Shown: positions 17,101-27,225, numbered from the stretch's first letter. The stretch is DNA of 64,000 bases from an uncultured Chloroflexia bacterium (GCA_963697585.1 CAVOOO010000009.1:599295-663294); one strand, 5' to 3'. A program made the numbers and translations. The notes: generated by a model from the sequence alone, not told the origin.

Positions 17101-18452
17101 CCGACACCGACGACCCCGGGGTGGCCGCGGCGCTGGCGCTGCGCGGGCATCTGGAGCTCTGCGGCCCGGTGACGGCGGGCGAGCTCGCGACCGCCACCTC
17201 ACTCCCCGAGGGCCTGGTCGCATCCGGGATGGCCCGGCTGGAGGCGGAGGGCTTCGCGGTGCGCGGCGGCTTCGACCCGACCCTGGAGGGCGAGCAATGG
17301 TGCTCGCGGCGGCTGCTCATGCGCATCCACTCCCACACGCGGGAGCGTCTGCGCCGCGAGATCGCCCCGGTGAGCCCGCGCGACCTGATGCGATTCCTGC
17401 TGCGCTGGCAGGGGGTCTCCGCGGGTACGCAGCGGGAGGGCCGGGCCGGTGTCGCCGCCGCCATCGCCCAGCTCCAGGGCACCGAGGCTCCCGCCGGCGC
17501 CTGGGAGGCGGAGGTCCTCCCACGCCGCGTCGCCGGGTACCGCCCGGCGTGGCTCGACGACCTCTGCCTCTCGGGCAGCGTTGCCTGGGGGCGGCTCAAG
17601 GTGCGCGAGGCCGACCCGGAGGCGAGCCTGCGCAGCCGGCCCTTCCCCTCCCGGGCCACGCCGGTGACCCTGGTGGGGCGCGCCGATCTGCCCTGGCTGC
17701 TCCAGGCGGTCCGGGGCGGCGCCCGGCCGGCCGAGCCGGAGAGCGGCGCCACCCGCGAGGTCGTCGCGGTGCTGCGCGAGCACGGCGCCCTCTTCACCGG
17801 TGACGTCGTCGCCCTCTCGCGGCGCCTCCCCACCGAGGTGACCGCGGGGCTGTGGGACGCGGTCGGCCGGGGCCTGGTCACCGCCGACGGGTTCGCCGCA
17901 GTCCGGTCGCTGCTCGCCGGCCACCGCCACGCCCTCCCCGGCCACGGCCGTGGCCTCCGGCGGGGCACCGCCGGCATCGCCGCCGGCGAGGGGCGGTGGT
18001 CGCTCCTGCCCGAGGCGGCGCCGGTGGCCGATCGCGACGCGCTGGCGGAGGCGGTGGCGGAGCAGCTCCTGGCGCGCTGGGGAGTCGTCTTCCACGATCT
18101 GCTCGCCCGCGAGAGCCTGGCCCTCCCCTGGCGCGAGGTGCTCTGGGCGCTGCGGCGGATGGAGGCGAGGGGCACGGCGCGCGGCGGCCGCTTCGTCAAC
18201 GGCTTCGCCGGCGAGCAGTACGCCCTTCCCGAGGCGGTCGACATGCTGCGCAGTGTCCGCCGCAGCTCACCGGAAGGTGAGGTGGTGCGGCTCTCCGCGG
18301 CCGACCCATTGAACCTGGCGGGGATCATCGTCCCCGGGCCGCGGGTCCCCGCGCTGCACACCCACACGGTCAGCTTCCGCGACGGGATCCCCGAGGTGGA
18401 TGCCGTCAGCGTTGTGGCCGCGACCGGCGACCGGGTCACCGCCGCGGTCTGA
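14106..18452 (+). CDS. lhr: Lhr-family ATP-dependent DNA helicase (long form, 1448 aa)
   Basis: AAPTGSGKTLAGFL (motif I), VIVDEIHA (DExH), LVFVNTRR, HHGSLSRERR. Long C-terminal extension typical of Lhr. Confidence 0.93.
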   Translation: MSLLHPAVRAWFDARFPEGPTPAQAEGWPHIAARESTLIAAPTGSGKTLAGFLTAIDELYVAAAAGEVVEGATQVVYVSPLKALAVDVHQNLEVPLREIAGVAASLGMAAPALRVEVRTGDTPPSARAAMARRPPNFLVTTPESLYLLVTAAGSRATLGGVRTVIVDEIHAVARDKRGSHLAVTLERLQALCAQPPVRVGLSATQRPIETIARLLVGAGPDREDALGRPRCAIVDTGHQRALDIAIELPEEELGAVASREQLDDIVGRIATQVAAHRTTLVFVNTRRMSERIAHLLAVRLGDDAVMAHHGSLSRERRSLVESRLRAGELRALVATASLELGIDIGPVDMVCQIASPRSLATFLQRVGRSGHRQGAIPTGRLFPMTRDDLVECCALLAGVRAGRLDAIEPPVAPLDILAQQLVAECAARSPAGASLTAPAGRPERQPAPCAGGDDAIADPGVAEDDLYHLVRRAAPFAGLARADFDEVVELVSSGVATGRGTAGAYLHRDRVHHRLRARRGARLAALTSGGAIPESGDYRVVAEPDDTVVGSVNEDWAIESMAGDVFLLGSTSWRITRVTGGTVRVVDAQGVPPSVPFWLGEAPGRTRELSEEVSDLRAGVDAALSRGDPEAAVAGVVARCGVTEEVAAQAVAYLAAGRAALGLLPTRDRIVLERCFDELGGTQIVVHAPFGARLNRGLGLALRKRFCATFDFELQAAASDDAVLLSLGPQHSLPLEDVPRFLASATVEEVLRRAVIFSPMFPVRWRWTLTRSLTVLRFRGGRRNPAPLQRLQSDDVMAAIFPALVACQNENPTGPVEPPDHPLVRQTMHDCLHEAMDVDSLRTLVAEIEGGAISVTCRDTTEPSVLAHEILNGHPYTFLDDAPLEERRSRAVPLRRGLSIDPRDLAALDPAAIARVRDEAAADPRDPEELHDLLLALVVARPRAAWRGWFEALRAAGRAITVNAAGAALWCAVESRCLVEIMLPAAAFDPDLQPPPGSADTDDPGVAAALALRGHLELCGPVTAGELATATSLPEGLVASGMARLEAEGFAVRGGFDPTLEGEQWCSRRLLMRIHSHTRERLRREIAPVSPRDLMRFLLRWQGVSAGTQREGRAGVAAAIAQLQGTEAPAGAWEAEVLPRRVAGYRPAWLDDLCLSGSVAWGRLKVREADPEASLRSRPFPSRATPVTLVGRADLPWLLQAVRGGARPAEPESGATREVVAVLREHGALFTGDVVALSRRLPTEVTAGLWDAVGRGLVTADGFAAVRSLLAGHRHALPGHGRGLRRGTAGIAAGEGRWSLLPEAAPVADRDALAEAVAEQLLARWGVVFHDLLARESLALPWREVLWALRRMEARGTARGGRFVNGFAGEQYALPEAVDMLRSVRRSSPEGEVVRLSAADPLNLAGIIVPGPRVPALHTHTVSFRDGIPEVDAVSVVAATGDRVTAAV

Positions 18453-18469
18453 GGCGCCGCCGGCCCCGG

Positions 18470-19774
18470 CTACCCGGCCGAGAGCGCGGCCAGGTCCTCG
18501 AAGAAGGCGGGGTAGGAGATGGCGACCAACTCCGCGCCGGCGATGCGGGTCTCCCCCGGTGCCGCGCAGAGGCTGGCCGCCACCGCGAACGCCATGGCCA
18601 GGCGGTGGTCGCCGGCGGCGTCCACCGCGGCCGGGGTCAGCCGGGTCGGCCCCTCGATGACCAGCCCGTCGGGGAGGGTCTCGCAGGCCGCGCCCATCCG
18701 CCTCAGCCCCTCGGCCAGGTGGGTGATCCGATCGGACTCCTTGGCCCGAAGCTCGGCGGCACCGCGGATCTCCGTCACCCCCTCCGCCTGGGTGGCGAGC
18801 ACGGCGATCACCGGCAGCTCGTCGATGAGACGGGGGACCAGGGCCCCCCCGATGCTGGTCCCGTGCAGGGTTCCGCCGCGCACCTCCAGGTCGCCGACCG
18901 GCTCCACCCCACCGGCGGGCTCCCCCTCGGCGACCTCGACCGCCGCGCCCATGGCACGGAGCACCTCGATGACCCCGTCGCGCCCGGGGTTGAGGCCCAC
19001 CCCGGGGCAGCGAACCCGCCAGCCCTGGCGCGCCGCGGCCAGGCAGAGGAAGAATGCGGCCGAGCTGATGTCGCCGGGAATGTGCAGGCCGAAGGGCTGG
19101 GCCGGGCCGGGGGTCACGGTGACCCGGCCGTCCGAGGTCATCACCTCGACGCCGCAGAGCCGGAGGAGACGCTCGGTGTGGTCGCGGGTCAGCGCCGGCT
19201 CGACGACCGTGGTCGGGCCGTCGGCGAAGAGGCCGGCGAGGAGCACCGCGGTCTTGACCTGGGCACTCGGCACCGGCGGCTCGAAGCTGATCGCCCGCAG
19301 GGGGCGCCGCCCCTCGATCGTCATCGGAGCGGTGCCCTCCGGTCCCAGCCGGACCGCCGCCCCCATCGCCTGGAGCGGGGCGGCGATGCGGCGCATCGGC
19401 CGCCGGATCAGGGAGGCGTCCCCCTCCAGCGAGGCGGTGATCGGATGCCCGGCGATGGCCCCGGCCAGCATCCGCATCGTGCTCCCCGAGTTGCCGCAGT
19501 CGAGGCGGTCGCTCGGCGCTCTGAGGGCGAGGTCCGGCCCGTTGCCCTCCACCATGGCGCGGCCGTCACCGTGGAGCCGGACGAACACACCGCAGCCCTC
19601 CAGGCACGAAGCGGTGTGGGCGACGTCCTCGCCCGGGGCCAAACCGCCCAGGTAGGTGCGGCCACGGGCCAGTGCCCCGAGGATGAGGGCGCGGTGGCTG
19701 ATGCTCTTGTCCCCGGGCACCCGCACCTCCCCGTCCAGCCGGAAGATCGGCGCCAGGTTGATGGGGGGCGTCAT
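18470..19774 (-). CDS. aroA: 3-phosphoshikimate 1-carboxyvinyltransferase (EPSP synthase)
   Basis: From ATG 19774: VPGDKSISHRALILGALA, NSGSTMRMLAG, RPM.R, KESDR, DHRLAMAFAVA. Confidence 0.93.
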   Translation of the reverse strand: MTPPINLAPIFRLDGEVRVPGDKSISHRALILGALARGRTYLGGLAPGEDVAHTASCLEGCGVFVRLHGDGRAMVEGNGPDLALRAPSDRLDCGNSGSTMRMLAGAIAGHPITASLEGDASLIRRPMRRIAAPLQAMGAAVRLGPEGTAPMTIEGRRPLRAISFEPPVPSAQVKTAVLLAGLFADGPTTVVEPALTRDHTERLLRLCGVEVMTSDGRVTVTPGPAQPFGLHIPGDISSAAFFLCLAAARQGWRVRCPGVGLNPGRDGVIEVLRAMGAAVEVAEGEPAGGVEPVGDLEVRGGTLHGTSIGGALVPRLIDELPVIAVLATQAEGVTEIRGAAELRAKESDRITHLAEGLRRMGAACETLPDGLVIEGPTRLTPAAVDAAGDHRLAMAFAVAASLCAAPGETRIAGAELVAISYPAFFEDLAALSAG

Positions 19775-19805
19775 CGGAGAGTGGCCGGAGCGAGGATCGG
19801 CATGG

Positions 19806-20618
19806 TCACCCGGCCATGCCAACCCCGCGCAGCCCGCGGATGAAGCGCTCCGCGATCGCTCCCGGGTCGTCACCACCCTTGCCGATGGCGTCGAGGAGGG
19901 CCGAGGCGACCACCACCGCCTCGCAGTGGCCGGTGAGCGCCACCACGTGCTCAGGACGAGAGATGCCGAAGCCGAGAGCCCGCGGCAGGGCGGTCACGGA
20001 ACGCACCCGTTCCAGGAGATCGACGGCGGCGGGGCTCACCCGGTCGCGAGCGCCGGTGGTGCCGGTCACGCTGACGCAGTAGATGAAGCCGGCGGCGGTG
20101 GCGGCGACCCGGGCCACCCGGGATGTCGGGGTGGTGGGCGCCACGAGGGGGATGTGGGCGAGACCGTGGGCGCCGAGCGCAGCGGCCAGGCCGGCTGCCT
20201 CGTCGACGGGCAGGTCGGGGACGATCACCCCGTCGATCCCGGCCGCGGCGCAGGCGGCGGCGAACGTCTCGACTCCCATGGCGAGCACGGGGTTGATGTA
20301 GGTCATCGCCGCCACCGGGATGGTCAGCCCGGCTGCCCGCGCCTCGGCCACCTGGGCGATGGCCCGAGCCGGTGTCATCCCCTGTTCCAGGGCTCTCCAT
20401 CCCGCGCTCTGGATGGTGGGGCCGTCGGCGAGCGGGTCGCTGAAGGGGATGCCGACCTCGGTGGCCAGGCTCCCCGCCCGCTGGAAGGCGAGCAGGAGCG
20501 GAGCGGTGTCGCCGGGCCCCGGGAAGCCGGCCATCACGTAGGGGATGATCCCGGGCTGCCCGCCCGTCCCCTGCGCCCAGAAGGCGGCCTCGAATCTCCC
20601 CGCGGCGACCGCCGTCAT
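19806..20618 (-). CDS. trpA: Tryptophan synthase alpha chain
   Basis: [41 protein letters not shown]. Confidence 0.93.
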   Translation of the reverse strand: MTAVAAGRFEAAFWAQGTGGQPGIIPYVMAGFPGPGDTAPLLLAFQRAGSLATEVGIPFSDPLADGPTIQSAGWRALEQGMTPARAIAQVAEARAAGLTIPVAAMTYINPVLAMGVETFAAACAAAGIDGVIVPDLPVDEAAGLAAALGAHGLAHIPLVAPTTPTSRVARVAATAAGFIYCVSVTGTTGARDRVSPAAVDLLERVRSVTALPRALGFGISRPEHVVALTGHCEAVVVASALLDAIGKGGDDPGAIAERFIRGLRGVGMAG

Positions 20619-21805
20619 GGGGTCGCCGCCTCGGCGCCGCCCACGGCCCGGACCGTGTCGATGTCCTTGTCCCCCCGGCCGCTCAGGCAGACCAGCACGC
20701 GATGGCCGGGGCCCAGCTCGCGCGCCCGCCGCTCGGCGACCGCCAGGGCGTGGCTGGACTCCAGGGCGGGGATGATCCCCTCCATCCGGCAGAGGCGGTG
20801 GAATGCGCGCAGCGCCTCGACGTCGGTGCAGGCGACGTAGCGGGCGCGCTCGGCGTCGCGCAGCGCGGCGTGCTCGGGACCGACCCCGGGGTAGTCGAGA
20901 CCGGCGGAGATCGAGTGGGTCTCGATCACCTGCCCGTTGGCATCCTGGAGGAGGTAGCTGTAGGCACCGTGGAGGACGCCCGGCCGGCCCGCCTCGAGCG
21001 ACGCCGCGTGCTCCCCCGTCTCGATGCCGCGGCCGGCGGCCTCGACGCCGAGCAGCTCCACGTCCTCGTCATCGAGGAAGGCGGTGAAGATGCCGATGGC
21101 GTTGCTCCCCCCGCCCACGCAGGCGACCACCGAGTTGGGCAGCGCCCCCCACCGCTCGAGCGCCTGGCGGCGCGCCTCGTCACCGATCACCCGCTGAAAG
21201 CGCTTGACCAGGGTCGGATACGGGTGCGGGCCCACCACCGACCCGATCACGTAATGAGTGTTATGGACATTGGTGACCCAATCTCGGATGGCCTCGTTGG
21301 TGGCGTCCTTCAGGGTCCGGGAACCGCTGTCAACCGGCCTGACCTCGGCGCCGAGCAGGCCCATGCGGTAGACGTTGACCGCCTGGCGCCGGGTGTCCTC
21401 GCGACCCATGTAGACGACGCACTCGAGGCCGAAGCAGGCGCAGACGGTGGCGACCGCCACCCCGTGCTGGCCGGCCCCGGTCTCGGCGATGATCCGGGTC
21501 TTGCCCATCCGCCGGGCCAGCAGCACCTGGCCGAGCGCGTTGTTGAGCTTGTGGGCGCCGGTGTGGACGAGGTCCTCGCGCTTGAGCCAGATCTCGGCAC
21601 CGGCGCAGTCGGCGGTCAGCCGCCGGGCCCGGGTCAGCGGGGTGGGACGCCCGGCGTAGTCGCGCAGCCACGAGTCCAGCTCGGCGACGAAGGCGGGGTC
21701 GGCCAGCGCCTCGTTCATCGCCGTCTCCAGCTCCTCCACGGCGGGGACCAGGGTCTCGGGCACGTAGGCCCCGCCGTAGATCCCGAAGCGCCCGGCGGTA
21801 GTCAT
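20615..21805 (-). CDS. trpB: Tryptophan synthase beta chain
   Basis: From ATG 21805: [55 protein letters not shown]. Confidence 0.95.
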   Translation of the reverse strand: MTTAGRFGIYGGAYVPETLVPAVEELETAMNEALADPAFVAELDSWLRDYAGRPTPLTRARRLTADCAGAEIWLKREDLVHTGAHKLNNALGQVLLARRMGKTRIIAETGAGQHGVAVATVCACFGLECVVYMGREDTRRQAVNVYRMGLLGAEVRPVDSGSRTLKDATNEAIRDWVTNVHNTHYVIGSVVGPHPYPTLVKRFQRVIGDEARRQALERWGALPNSVVACVGGGSNAIGIFTAFLDDEDVELLGVEAAGRGIETGEHAASLEAGRPGVLHGAYSYLLQDANGQVIETHSISAGLDYPGVGPEHAALRDAERARYVACTDVEALRAFHRLCRMEGIIPALESSHALAVAERRARELGPGHRVLVCLSGRGDKDIDTVRAVGGAEAATP

Positions 21806-22494
21806 CGAACCGCCCCTCCGGCCGGGGTGCCGGCGCTCGGGCCGGCGGCTGTCACCGCCCGCTCGTGAAGAGCCGCGAACGCCTCCCGGGCCGCGGCCAC
21901 GAAGTCGCGCACCCTGCCCGGGTCCTTGACCCCGGGGCTCGACTCCAGCCCGCTGCTGGCGTCGACGCCATGCGGCCGGACCCGCTCGATGGCGGCGGCG
22001 ACGTTCTCCGGGGTCAGCCCGCCGGCCAGGATGATGGGGCGGTGGGCGGCCACCTCCGCGGCGGTCTCGAGGTCCACCAGCCTGCCGGTGCCGCCGGGGA
22101 GCGCGCCGGCGCCGGCCGGTGGGCTGTCCAGCAGCAGCAGGCAGTCGGGCCACCAGTCCGCGGTGAAGGCGGCACCCGGACCGGCCGGGTTGAGCGCACG
22201 GATCACCGGGACGTCCACCTGCGCGACCAGCCACGGCTCCACCCGTCCGTGGAGCTGGACCGCGTCGAGCCGGTGGCGGCGAGCGATGGCGGCGCAGCGC
22301 TCGGCCGCCGGCTCCACCATCACCCCCACCAGGTCGGCGCGACCTGACAGCGCGGCGCGCACGGCGTCGACGGCGGCATCGTCGGCGTGGCGCGGGCTGC
22401 GCTCCTCGAGCACCACCCCGACCCAGTCGGCTCCGGCGCCGACCGCACACTCGGCGATCTCGGGGGTCCGCACGCCGCACACCTTGACGATCAC
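21802..22494 (-). CDS. trpF: Phosphoribosylanthranilate isomerase
   Basis: GTG 22494: [12 protein letters not shown]..., [25 protein letters not shown]. Overlaps the trpB start. Confidence 0.88.
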   Translation of the reverse strand: MIVKVCGVRTPEIAECAVGAGADWVGVVLEERSPRHADDAAVDAVRAALSGRADLVGVMVEPAAERCAAIARRHRLDAVQLHGRVEPWLVAQVDVPVIRALNPAGPGAAFTADWWPDCLLLLDSPPAGAGALPGGTGRLVDLETAAEVAAHRPIILAGGLTPENVAAAIERVRPHGVDASSGLESSPGVKDPGRVRDFVAAAREAFAALHERAVTAAGPSAGTPAGGAVR

Positions 22495-22628
22495 CTGCGC
22501 ATCATGCCGAACTCGACGCCCCGGGTTGGAGCGCCGGACGACCGCGCGGACGGCCCGCACCCGGCCGGGCCGGATCCTCCACCGGTCGGGCTCGCTCCAC
22601 TCCAGAGCGAGCGCGCCGGCGCCCGGCC

Positions 22629-23439
22629 TCACCGGATGTCGCGGCGCGCCGACCCCGCCCGAGCCGCGGCCGCCACCAGCTCGGCGCAGAGGGCTCCCGG
22701 GTCCGGGTGGCGCATCAGTGCCTCGCCGACCAGCACCGCGTCGGCCCCCTCCCCCACCAGCCGGGCGGCGTCGGACGAGTTGCGCACCCCGGACTCGGCG
22801 ACGCTCACCACCCGGTCCGGGAGCAGCCGGCGGAGACGGGAGAAGGTGTCCAGGTCGGTGCGCAGGCTGCGCAGGTCGCGGTTGTTGATGCCGACACAGG
22901 TGGCGCCGACGGCCAGGGCTCGCTCGACCTGCGGCTCGTCGTGGACCTCCACCACCGCCTGGGCGCCGGCCCGCCGCGCCGCCTCCAAGCACTCCTCGAG
23001 GGCGCCGCCCTCGAGCACGGCGACGATCAGCAGCACCCAGTCGGCGCCGAGCACCCTGGAACTCGGCGACCTGGACCGGATCGACCGTGAAGTCCTTGCG
23101 CAGCACCGGGATCGCGACCGCGGTCCGGACCGCCTCCAGGTCCGCCGGCGAGCCCCCGAAGTCGGGGCCGTCGGTGAGCACCGAGATCGCCGCCGCCCCG
23201 GCGCCGGCGTAGGCGGCGCCGACCGCGCCCACGTCGAGGCCGGCGCGGAGGGAGCCACCGCTGGGCGAGCGTCGCTTCAGCTCGGCGATCACCCGGCCTC
23301 CGCGCAGCACCTCGAAGCCCGGCGCCGGCGGCAGGTGCTCGGCCGTGGCCCAGATGGCGGCGCGACCGCAGTTGATCTCCGCGACCTCGCGCCGCTTCCG
23401 CTCGACGATCGGACCGAGCGCCCCGAGGTCGGCGCTCAT
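22629..23439 (-). pseudogene. trpC: Indole-3-glycerol phosphate synthase, interrupted by an apparent +1 indel near 23054-23056
   Basis: The N-terminal half ([43 protein letters not shown]) is in one frame. The C-terminal half ([34 protein letters not shown]) is in another. The junction reads cag-g-gtg. Length is 811 nt (3n+1). Confidence 0.85.
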
Positions 23440-23620
23440 CACACCGACCGCCGGCGGCTGGCGGGGCGCATCGCCGGCGGGGGGACGCTCGTCCGCCGCC
23501 TTCGGCTGCGGCGGCTTCTGCTCGGCGCGATTGCAGCTCGCGCCTGCGCAAACCCCCCTTGGACGACGTGCCCCACCGCCGCCGTCCCCTGCCCGACGAT
23601 GCGCCGCGCCCCCAGCGCCC

Positions 23621-24253
23621 TCACCGCCCGGCACCCAGCGGCGCCGCCGTCATCTCCAGAAAGTTCTCGAGGATGCGGTAGCCGGCCACGGTGCCGATCA
23701 ACTCGGGGTGGAACTGGACCCCGACCACCGGCTGCTCGCGGTGGCGCAGCGCCATGATCACCCCGTCATCGGTGCGGGCGGTGACCTCCAGGGACGCGGG
23801 CAGGGTCGCGGGTTCCACCACCAGCGAGTGGTACCGGGTGGCCGTGAAGGGGTCGGGCACCCCGGCGAAGAGCCCGGCGCCGTCGTGGCGGACCTCGCTC
23901 AGCTTCCCGTGCATGAGCGACGGCGCCCGCACCACCCGGCCACCGTAGGCCTCCCCGATGGCCTGGTGCCCCAGGCACACCCCGAGGATGGGGATGCGCG
24001 CGCCGAGCTCGCGGATCAGCTCCACCGAGATCCCGGCGTCGGCGGGGCTCTTCGGCCCCGGCGAGATCACCACCGCGGCGGGCCGGTGCTCCCCGATCGC
24101 CACCACCGTGGCGGTGTCGTTGCGCACCACCACACAGCGCGCCCCCAGCTCGCCCAGCCGCTGGACCAGGTTGAAGGTGAAGGAGTCGTAGTTGTCGACA
24201 ACCAGGACCGAATCTCCGAGGTCGCGGTCGGGAAGGCTGAACTCCTCGTTCAT
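23621..24253 (-). CDS. trpG: Anthranilate synthase component II (glutamine amidotransferase)
   Basis: From ATG 24253: [44 protein letters not shown]. Confidence 0.93.
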   Translation of the reverse strand: MNEEFSLPDRDLGDSVLVVDNYDSFTFNLVQRLGELGARCVVVRNDTATVVAIGEHRPAAVVISPGPKSPADAGISVELIRELGARIPILGVCLGHQAIGEAYGGRVVRAPSLMHGKLSEVRHDGAGLFAGVPDPFTATRYHSLVVEPATLPASLEVTARTDDGVIMALRHREQPVVGVQFHPELIGTVAGYRILENFLEMTAAPLGAGR

Positions 24254-24287
24254 CGCGGCTGCCCCGCGCAGCTCGTGGCCGGCGCGC

Positions 24288-25787
24288 TCACCGCCCCGGG
24301 CCCTCCTCCGCTGCTGCCCCCTCCCTCGCCGCTGCCCCCGCCGACCCCGCAACCACGCCGCCCGCCACCGCCAGCGGGCGGAGCGATTCGGCCGCCATGG
24401 CGAGCGCGCGCAGCTTGTTGTCGATCTCGCGCGCCTCCTCGGCCGGGTCGGAGTCGGCGACGATGCCGGCGGCGGCCTGGAGGTGGAGCCGTCCCTGGCG
24501 GACCACCGCGGTGCGCAGGGCGATCGCGGTGTCCAGGCTGCCCCGGAAGTCGAGGTAGCCGACCGCGCCCGCGTAGGCGCCCCGGACCTCCGGCTCGAGC
24601 TCGGCGATGATCTCCATCGCCCGCACCTTGGGGGCGCCGGTGACGGTCCCGGCGGGGAAGCAGGCGCGCAGCGCGTCCACCGCGGTGAGCCCCGGGCGGA
24701 GCCGCCCCTGGATCGACGTCTCCAGGTGCATGACGTGGCCGTAGCGGCGGACCGCCGCGTAGTCGCTGACCTCGACGCTGCCGATCTCGCAGACCCGGCC
24801 CACGTCGTTGCGGCCGAGGTCGACCAGCATCAGGTGCTCGGCCTGCTCCTTGGCGCTCTCGTGGAGCTCCCGCTCCATGGCGTCGTCCTCCTCCGGGGTG
24901 CGACCCCGGCGTCGGGTGCCGGCGATGGGGTGGTAGTCGACCCGCCCCTCCGCGGTCACCCGGACCAGCATCTCGGGACTGGTGCCGGCCAGCACGCAGT
25001 CGTCGGTCCGGAGGTAGAAGAGATACGGGCTGGGGTTCACCGCCCGCAGCGCCGCGTAGAGGCGGAGCGGGGAAACCGGGAAGTCGAGGCTGAAGCGCCG
25101 GGAGACCTGCACCTGGAAGATGTCCCCGGCCGCGATGTACTCGAGGCAGCGCTCCACCGCCGCCATGAAGTCATCACGGCTCAGGTTGGCGGCGGCGTCG
25201 GGGAGCGGCGCCGGGGTGGAGGGGGTGACAACCACCGCGGGCGTCACCGCGCCGGCCAGGCTCTCCGCCATCGCGTCCAGACGGCGGACCCCGGCGGCAT
25301 GCGCCTCGGCGAGGTCGGTGTCGGTGGGGATGTGGGTGACCAGATGAACGACCTCGCGCTCCCGGTCGAGCACGCTGCAGGAGAGGCAGCGGCCCCACCA
25401 GGCGTCGGGGAGGTCGAGCGGATCGCGGTCGGGCCGCCCCACGTTCTCGAAGCTGGTCGCCGCCTCGTAGGAGAGATGCCCGACCGACCCGCCGGTGAAG
25501 GGCACGTCGAGGTCGTCGGGGAGGGCCACCCGCGGGCCGGTGGTGAACTCCTGGAGGGCTCGGAGCGGGTCGGGACACGGCACCGGGGCGGCCGGCTCCC
25601 CCTCGCCGAGCCGGGTGAGCCGCCCCCGCCGGACCCGGAACCGCTCCGGGCCGGCCAGGCCCGCGAACGTGAAGCGGGCAAACTCCCCCTCGCCGCTGGC
25701 GGACTCGAAGAGGAAGGCTCCGGGGCGGTCGCCGACCGCGGCGAGCAGCCGCGGCCCGGTCATCTCAGGGGCCGGGACGGTCCGCAC
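24288..25787 (-). CDS. trpE: Anthranilate synthase component I (start uncertain; homology continues upstream of GTG 25787)
   Basis: GDIFQVQVS, NPSPYLFYL, GTSPE, GTRRRG, LVDLGRNDVGRV, GTVTGAPKVRAMEII, RGAYAGAVGY. Confidence 0.9.
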   Translation of the reverse strand: MRTVPAPEMTGPRLLAAVGDRPGAFLFESASGEGEFARFTFAGLAGPERFRVRRGRLTRLGEGEPAAPVPCPDPLRALQEFTTGPRVALPDDLDVPFTGGSVGHLSYEAATSFENVGRPDRDPLDLPDAWWGRCLSCSVLDREREVVHLVTHIPTDTDLAEAHAAGVRRLDAMAESLAGAVTPAVVVTPSTPAPLPDAAANLSRDDFMAAVERCLEYIAAGDIFQVQVSRRFSLDFPVSPLRLYAALRAVNPSPYLFYLRTDDCVLAGTSPEMLVRVTAEGRVDYHPIAGTRRRGRTPEEDDAMERELHESAKEQAEHLMLVDLGRNDVGRVCEIGSVEVSDYAAVRRYGHVMHLETSIQGRLRPGLTAVDALRACFPAGTVTGAPKVRAMEIIAELEPEVRGAYAGAVGYLDFRGSLDTAIALRTAVVRQGRLHLQAAAGIVADSDPAEEAREIDNKLRALAMAAESLRPLAVAGGVVAGSAGAAAREGAAAEEGPGR

Positions 25788-26010
25788 CAGGGCGACCAGA
25801 TCGTGGTCCCGCGCCAGGGCTCGGGTCTGCTCGAGGCCCGGGCGGACGTCGGCGCTCGCGGGGTCGCTCAGCGGGCCACCGCCGCGGGCGCGGCCGCCGG
25901 AGCGGCCGGGCCGCCGGTGAGGGGGAGGCCGAGACGCACCGCGCCGCGCTCGTGACCGGCCACACGGCCGGCGGAGCCTCCGCGCCTCCGCCGGGCGCCG
26001 GCTCGCACGC

Positions 26011-26295
26011 TCACCATGCCGACACCGCCATGGGAGGAAGGTCCCCGCGGACCGGCTGCTCCAGCACGTCGACGCTCTCCACGCGTGCGGATGACGGCCC
26101 CTGACGGAGTGATTCCATCAATCTCTCGACGTCCTCGCGCGGGCCCTCGACGACGCACTCCACGCTGCCGTCGGGTCGGTTGGCCACCGTCCCCCGCAGC
26201 CCCAGGTCCCAGGCGCGATCGAGCACGAAGGCGCGGAAGCCCACCATCTGGACCCGCCCGCGCACGGTGGCGTGAACCCGGATCTCATCCGCCAT
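26011..26295 (-). CDS. acyP: Acylphosphatase
   Basis: 94 aa. VRGRVQMVGFRAFV and LGLRGTVANRPDGSVE match the acylphosphatase signatures V.G.VQGVGFR and G.V.N..DG.VE. Confidence 0.9.
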   Translation of the reverse strand: MADEIRVHATVRGRVQMVGFRAFVLDRAWDLGLRGTVANRPDGSVECVVEGPREDVERLMESLRQGPSSARVESVDVLEQPVRGDLPPMAVSAW

Positions 26296-26385
26296 CGACC
26301 GATTATCCCGAAAGCGGGGCCGGCAGCCGCGAGGGCTGATGAACCTCCGCGCCGGCGAGCCAAGCCGGTGCGCTGAGCCGGCGAG

Positions 26386-27225
26386 CTAGGCGGCCTCGCC
26401 CTCGAGCAGACGGATCTGGGCGAGCAGCTCGCGGACCGACCCGATCTTGGTCCCGGCCAGCTCGGACATGAGCGCGAGGATCCGGCGCTGCACCGGCGCC
26501 TCGTGGTCCCGCCCGGGCAGGTAGGCGTTGAGCATGCGGCGGATGTAGTGCGGGTCCTCGAGCAGCGACACCACCGAGGGCTCGGTGATGGTCGTCGGGT
26601 GCTTGGGGTTGTCGTTGGTGGTGCGAATCATCCAGAGCGCCATCCGCAGGATGGTCGGGACGACCTCGGGCTTGTTCTTCACCGCCTTGCGCAGGTACTT
26701 GGCGTAGGCGGCGCCGTGGCGCAGCTCGTCGGCGGCGAGCACCTTGAAGATCTGGCGCAGCACCGGCTCGGGAGCGTTGGCGCTGAAGGCCGTGTACCAG
26801 TGGGCCAGGCGCTGCTCGCCGCAGAAGTGCATGGTCAGGGTCTCGATCGCCGGGCCCTCGTCGAAGCTGATCCGAAGCCGGGGCAGCTCGGCCTCCTCGA
26901 TGACCTCGCCGACCCGCTCCAGGTACTTGCGGAGCACCAGGTGATGCTTCATCTCCTCATAGAACCAGACCGAGATGAAGCTGCAGAAGTCGATGTCCGC
27001 ATAGAAGTCGCGGAGGAACATCTCGGTGGCGTAGAGGGCGGACAGCTCGGTGAGGCAGACCTCGCGGACGTCGAAGATCCACCCCGGGGTGAGCTTCTCC
27101 GGCTCGATGGCATCCCAGTCGATGTCGCGACTCAGATTCCAGCGGGCCCGCTCGAGATTGACGAAGAGTTCATCGTAGAGCACAAATCCAGTCTCCTGGT
27201 GCAGAATGGCCAAAGCATCCGCCAT
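26386..27225 (-). CDS. Ferritin-like di-iron carboxylate protein (acyl-ACP desaturase-like four-helix bundle)
   Basis: From ATG 27225. The ligand pattern E / ExxH / E / ExxH is visible: LYATEMF, YEEMKHH, CGEQRLAHWY, ADELRHG. Confidence 0.7.
   Translation of the reverse strand: MADALAILHQETGFVLYDELFVNLERARWNLSRDIDWDAIEPEKLTPGWIFDVREVCLTELSALYATEMFLRDFYADIDFCSFISVWFYEEMKHHLVLRKYLERVGEVIEEAELPRLRISFDEGPAIETLTMHFCGEQRLAHWYTAFSANAPEPVLRQIFKVLAADELRHGAAYAKYLRKAVKNKPEVVPTILRMALWMIRTTNDNPKHPTTITEPSVVSLLEDPHYIRRMLNAYLPGRDHEAPVQRRILALMSELAGTKIGSVRELLAQIRLLEGEAA

Noticed and set aside
14478-18439. Multiple 290-660-aa ORFs (14478..15644, 15716..16588, 15821..17803, 15978..17150, 16730..18439, 17199..18095) inside lhr
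   Set aside because: All overlap the continuous 1448-aa Lhr reading frame, which carries ordered helicase motifs. They are off-frame shadows.
25788-26010. trp attenuator or leader peptide upstream of trpE
   Set aside because: There is no short ORF with tandem Trp codons. The only W-terminated peptide (..MAVSAW) is the C-terminus of the acylphosphatase gene.
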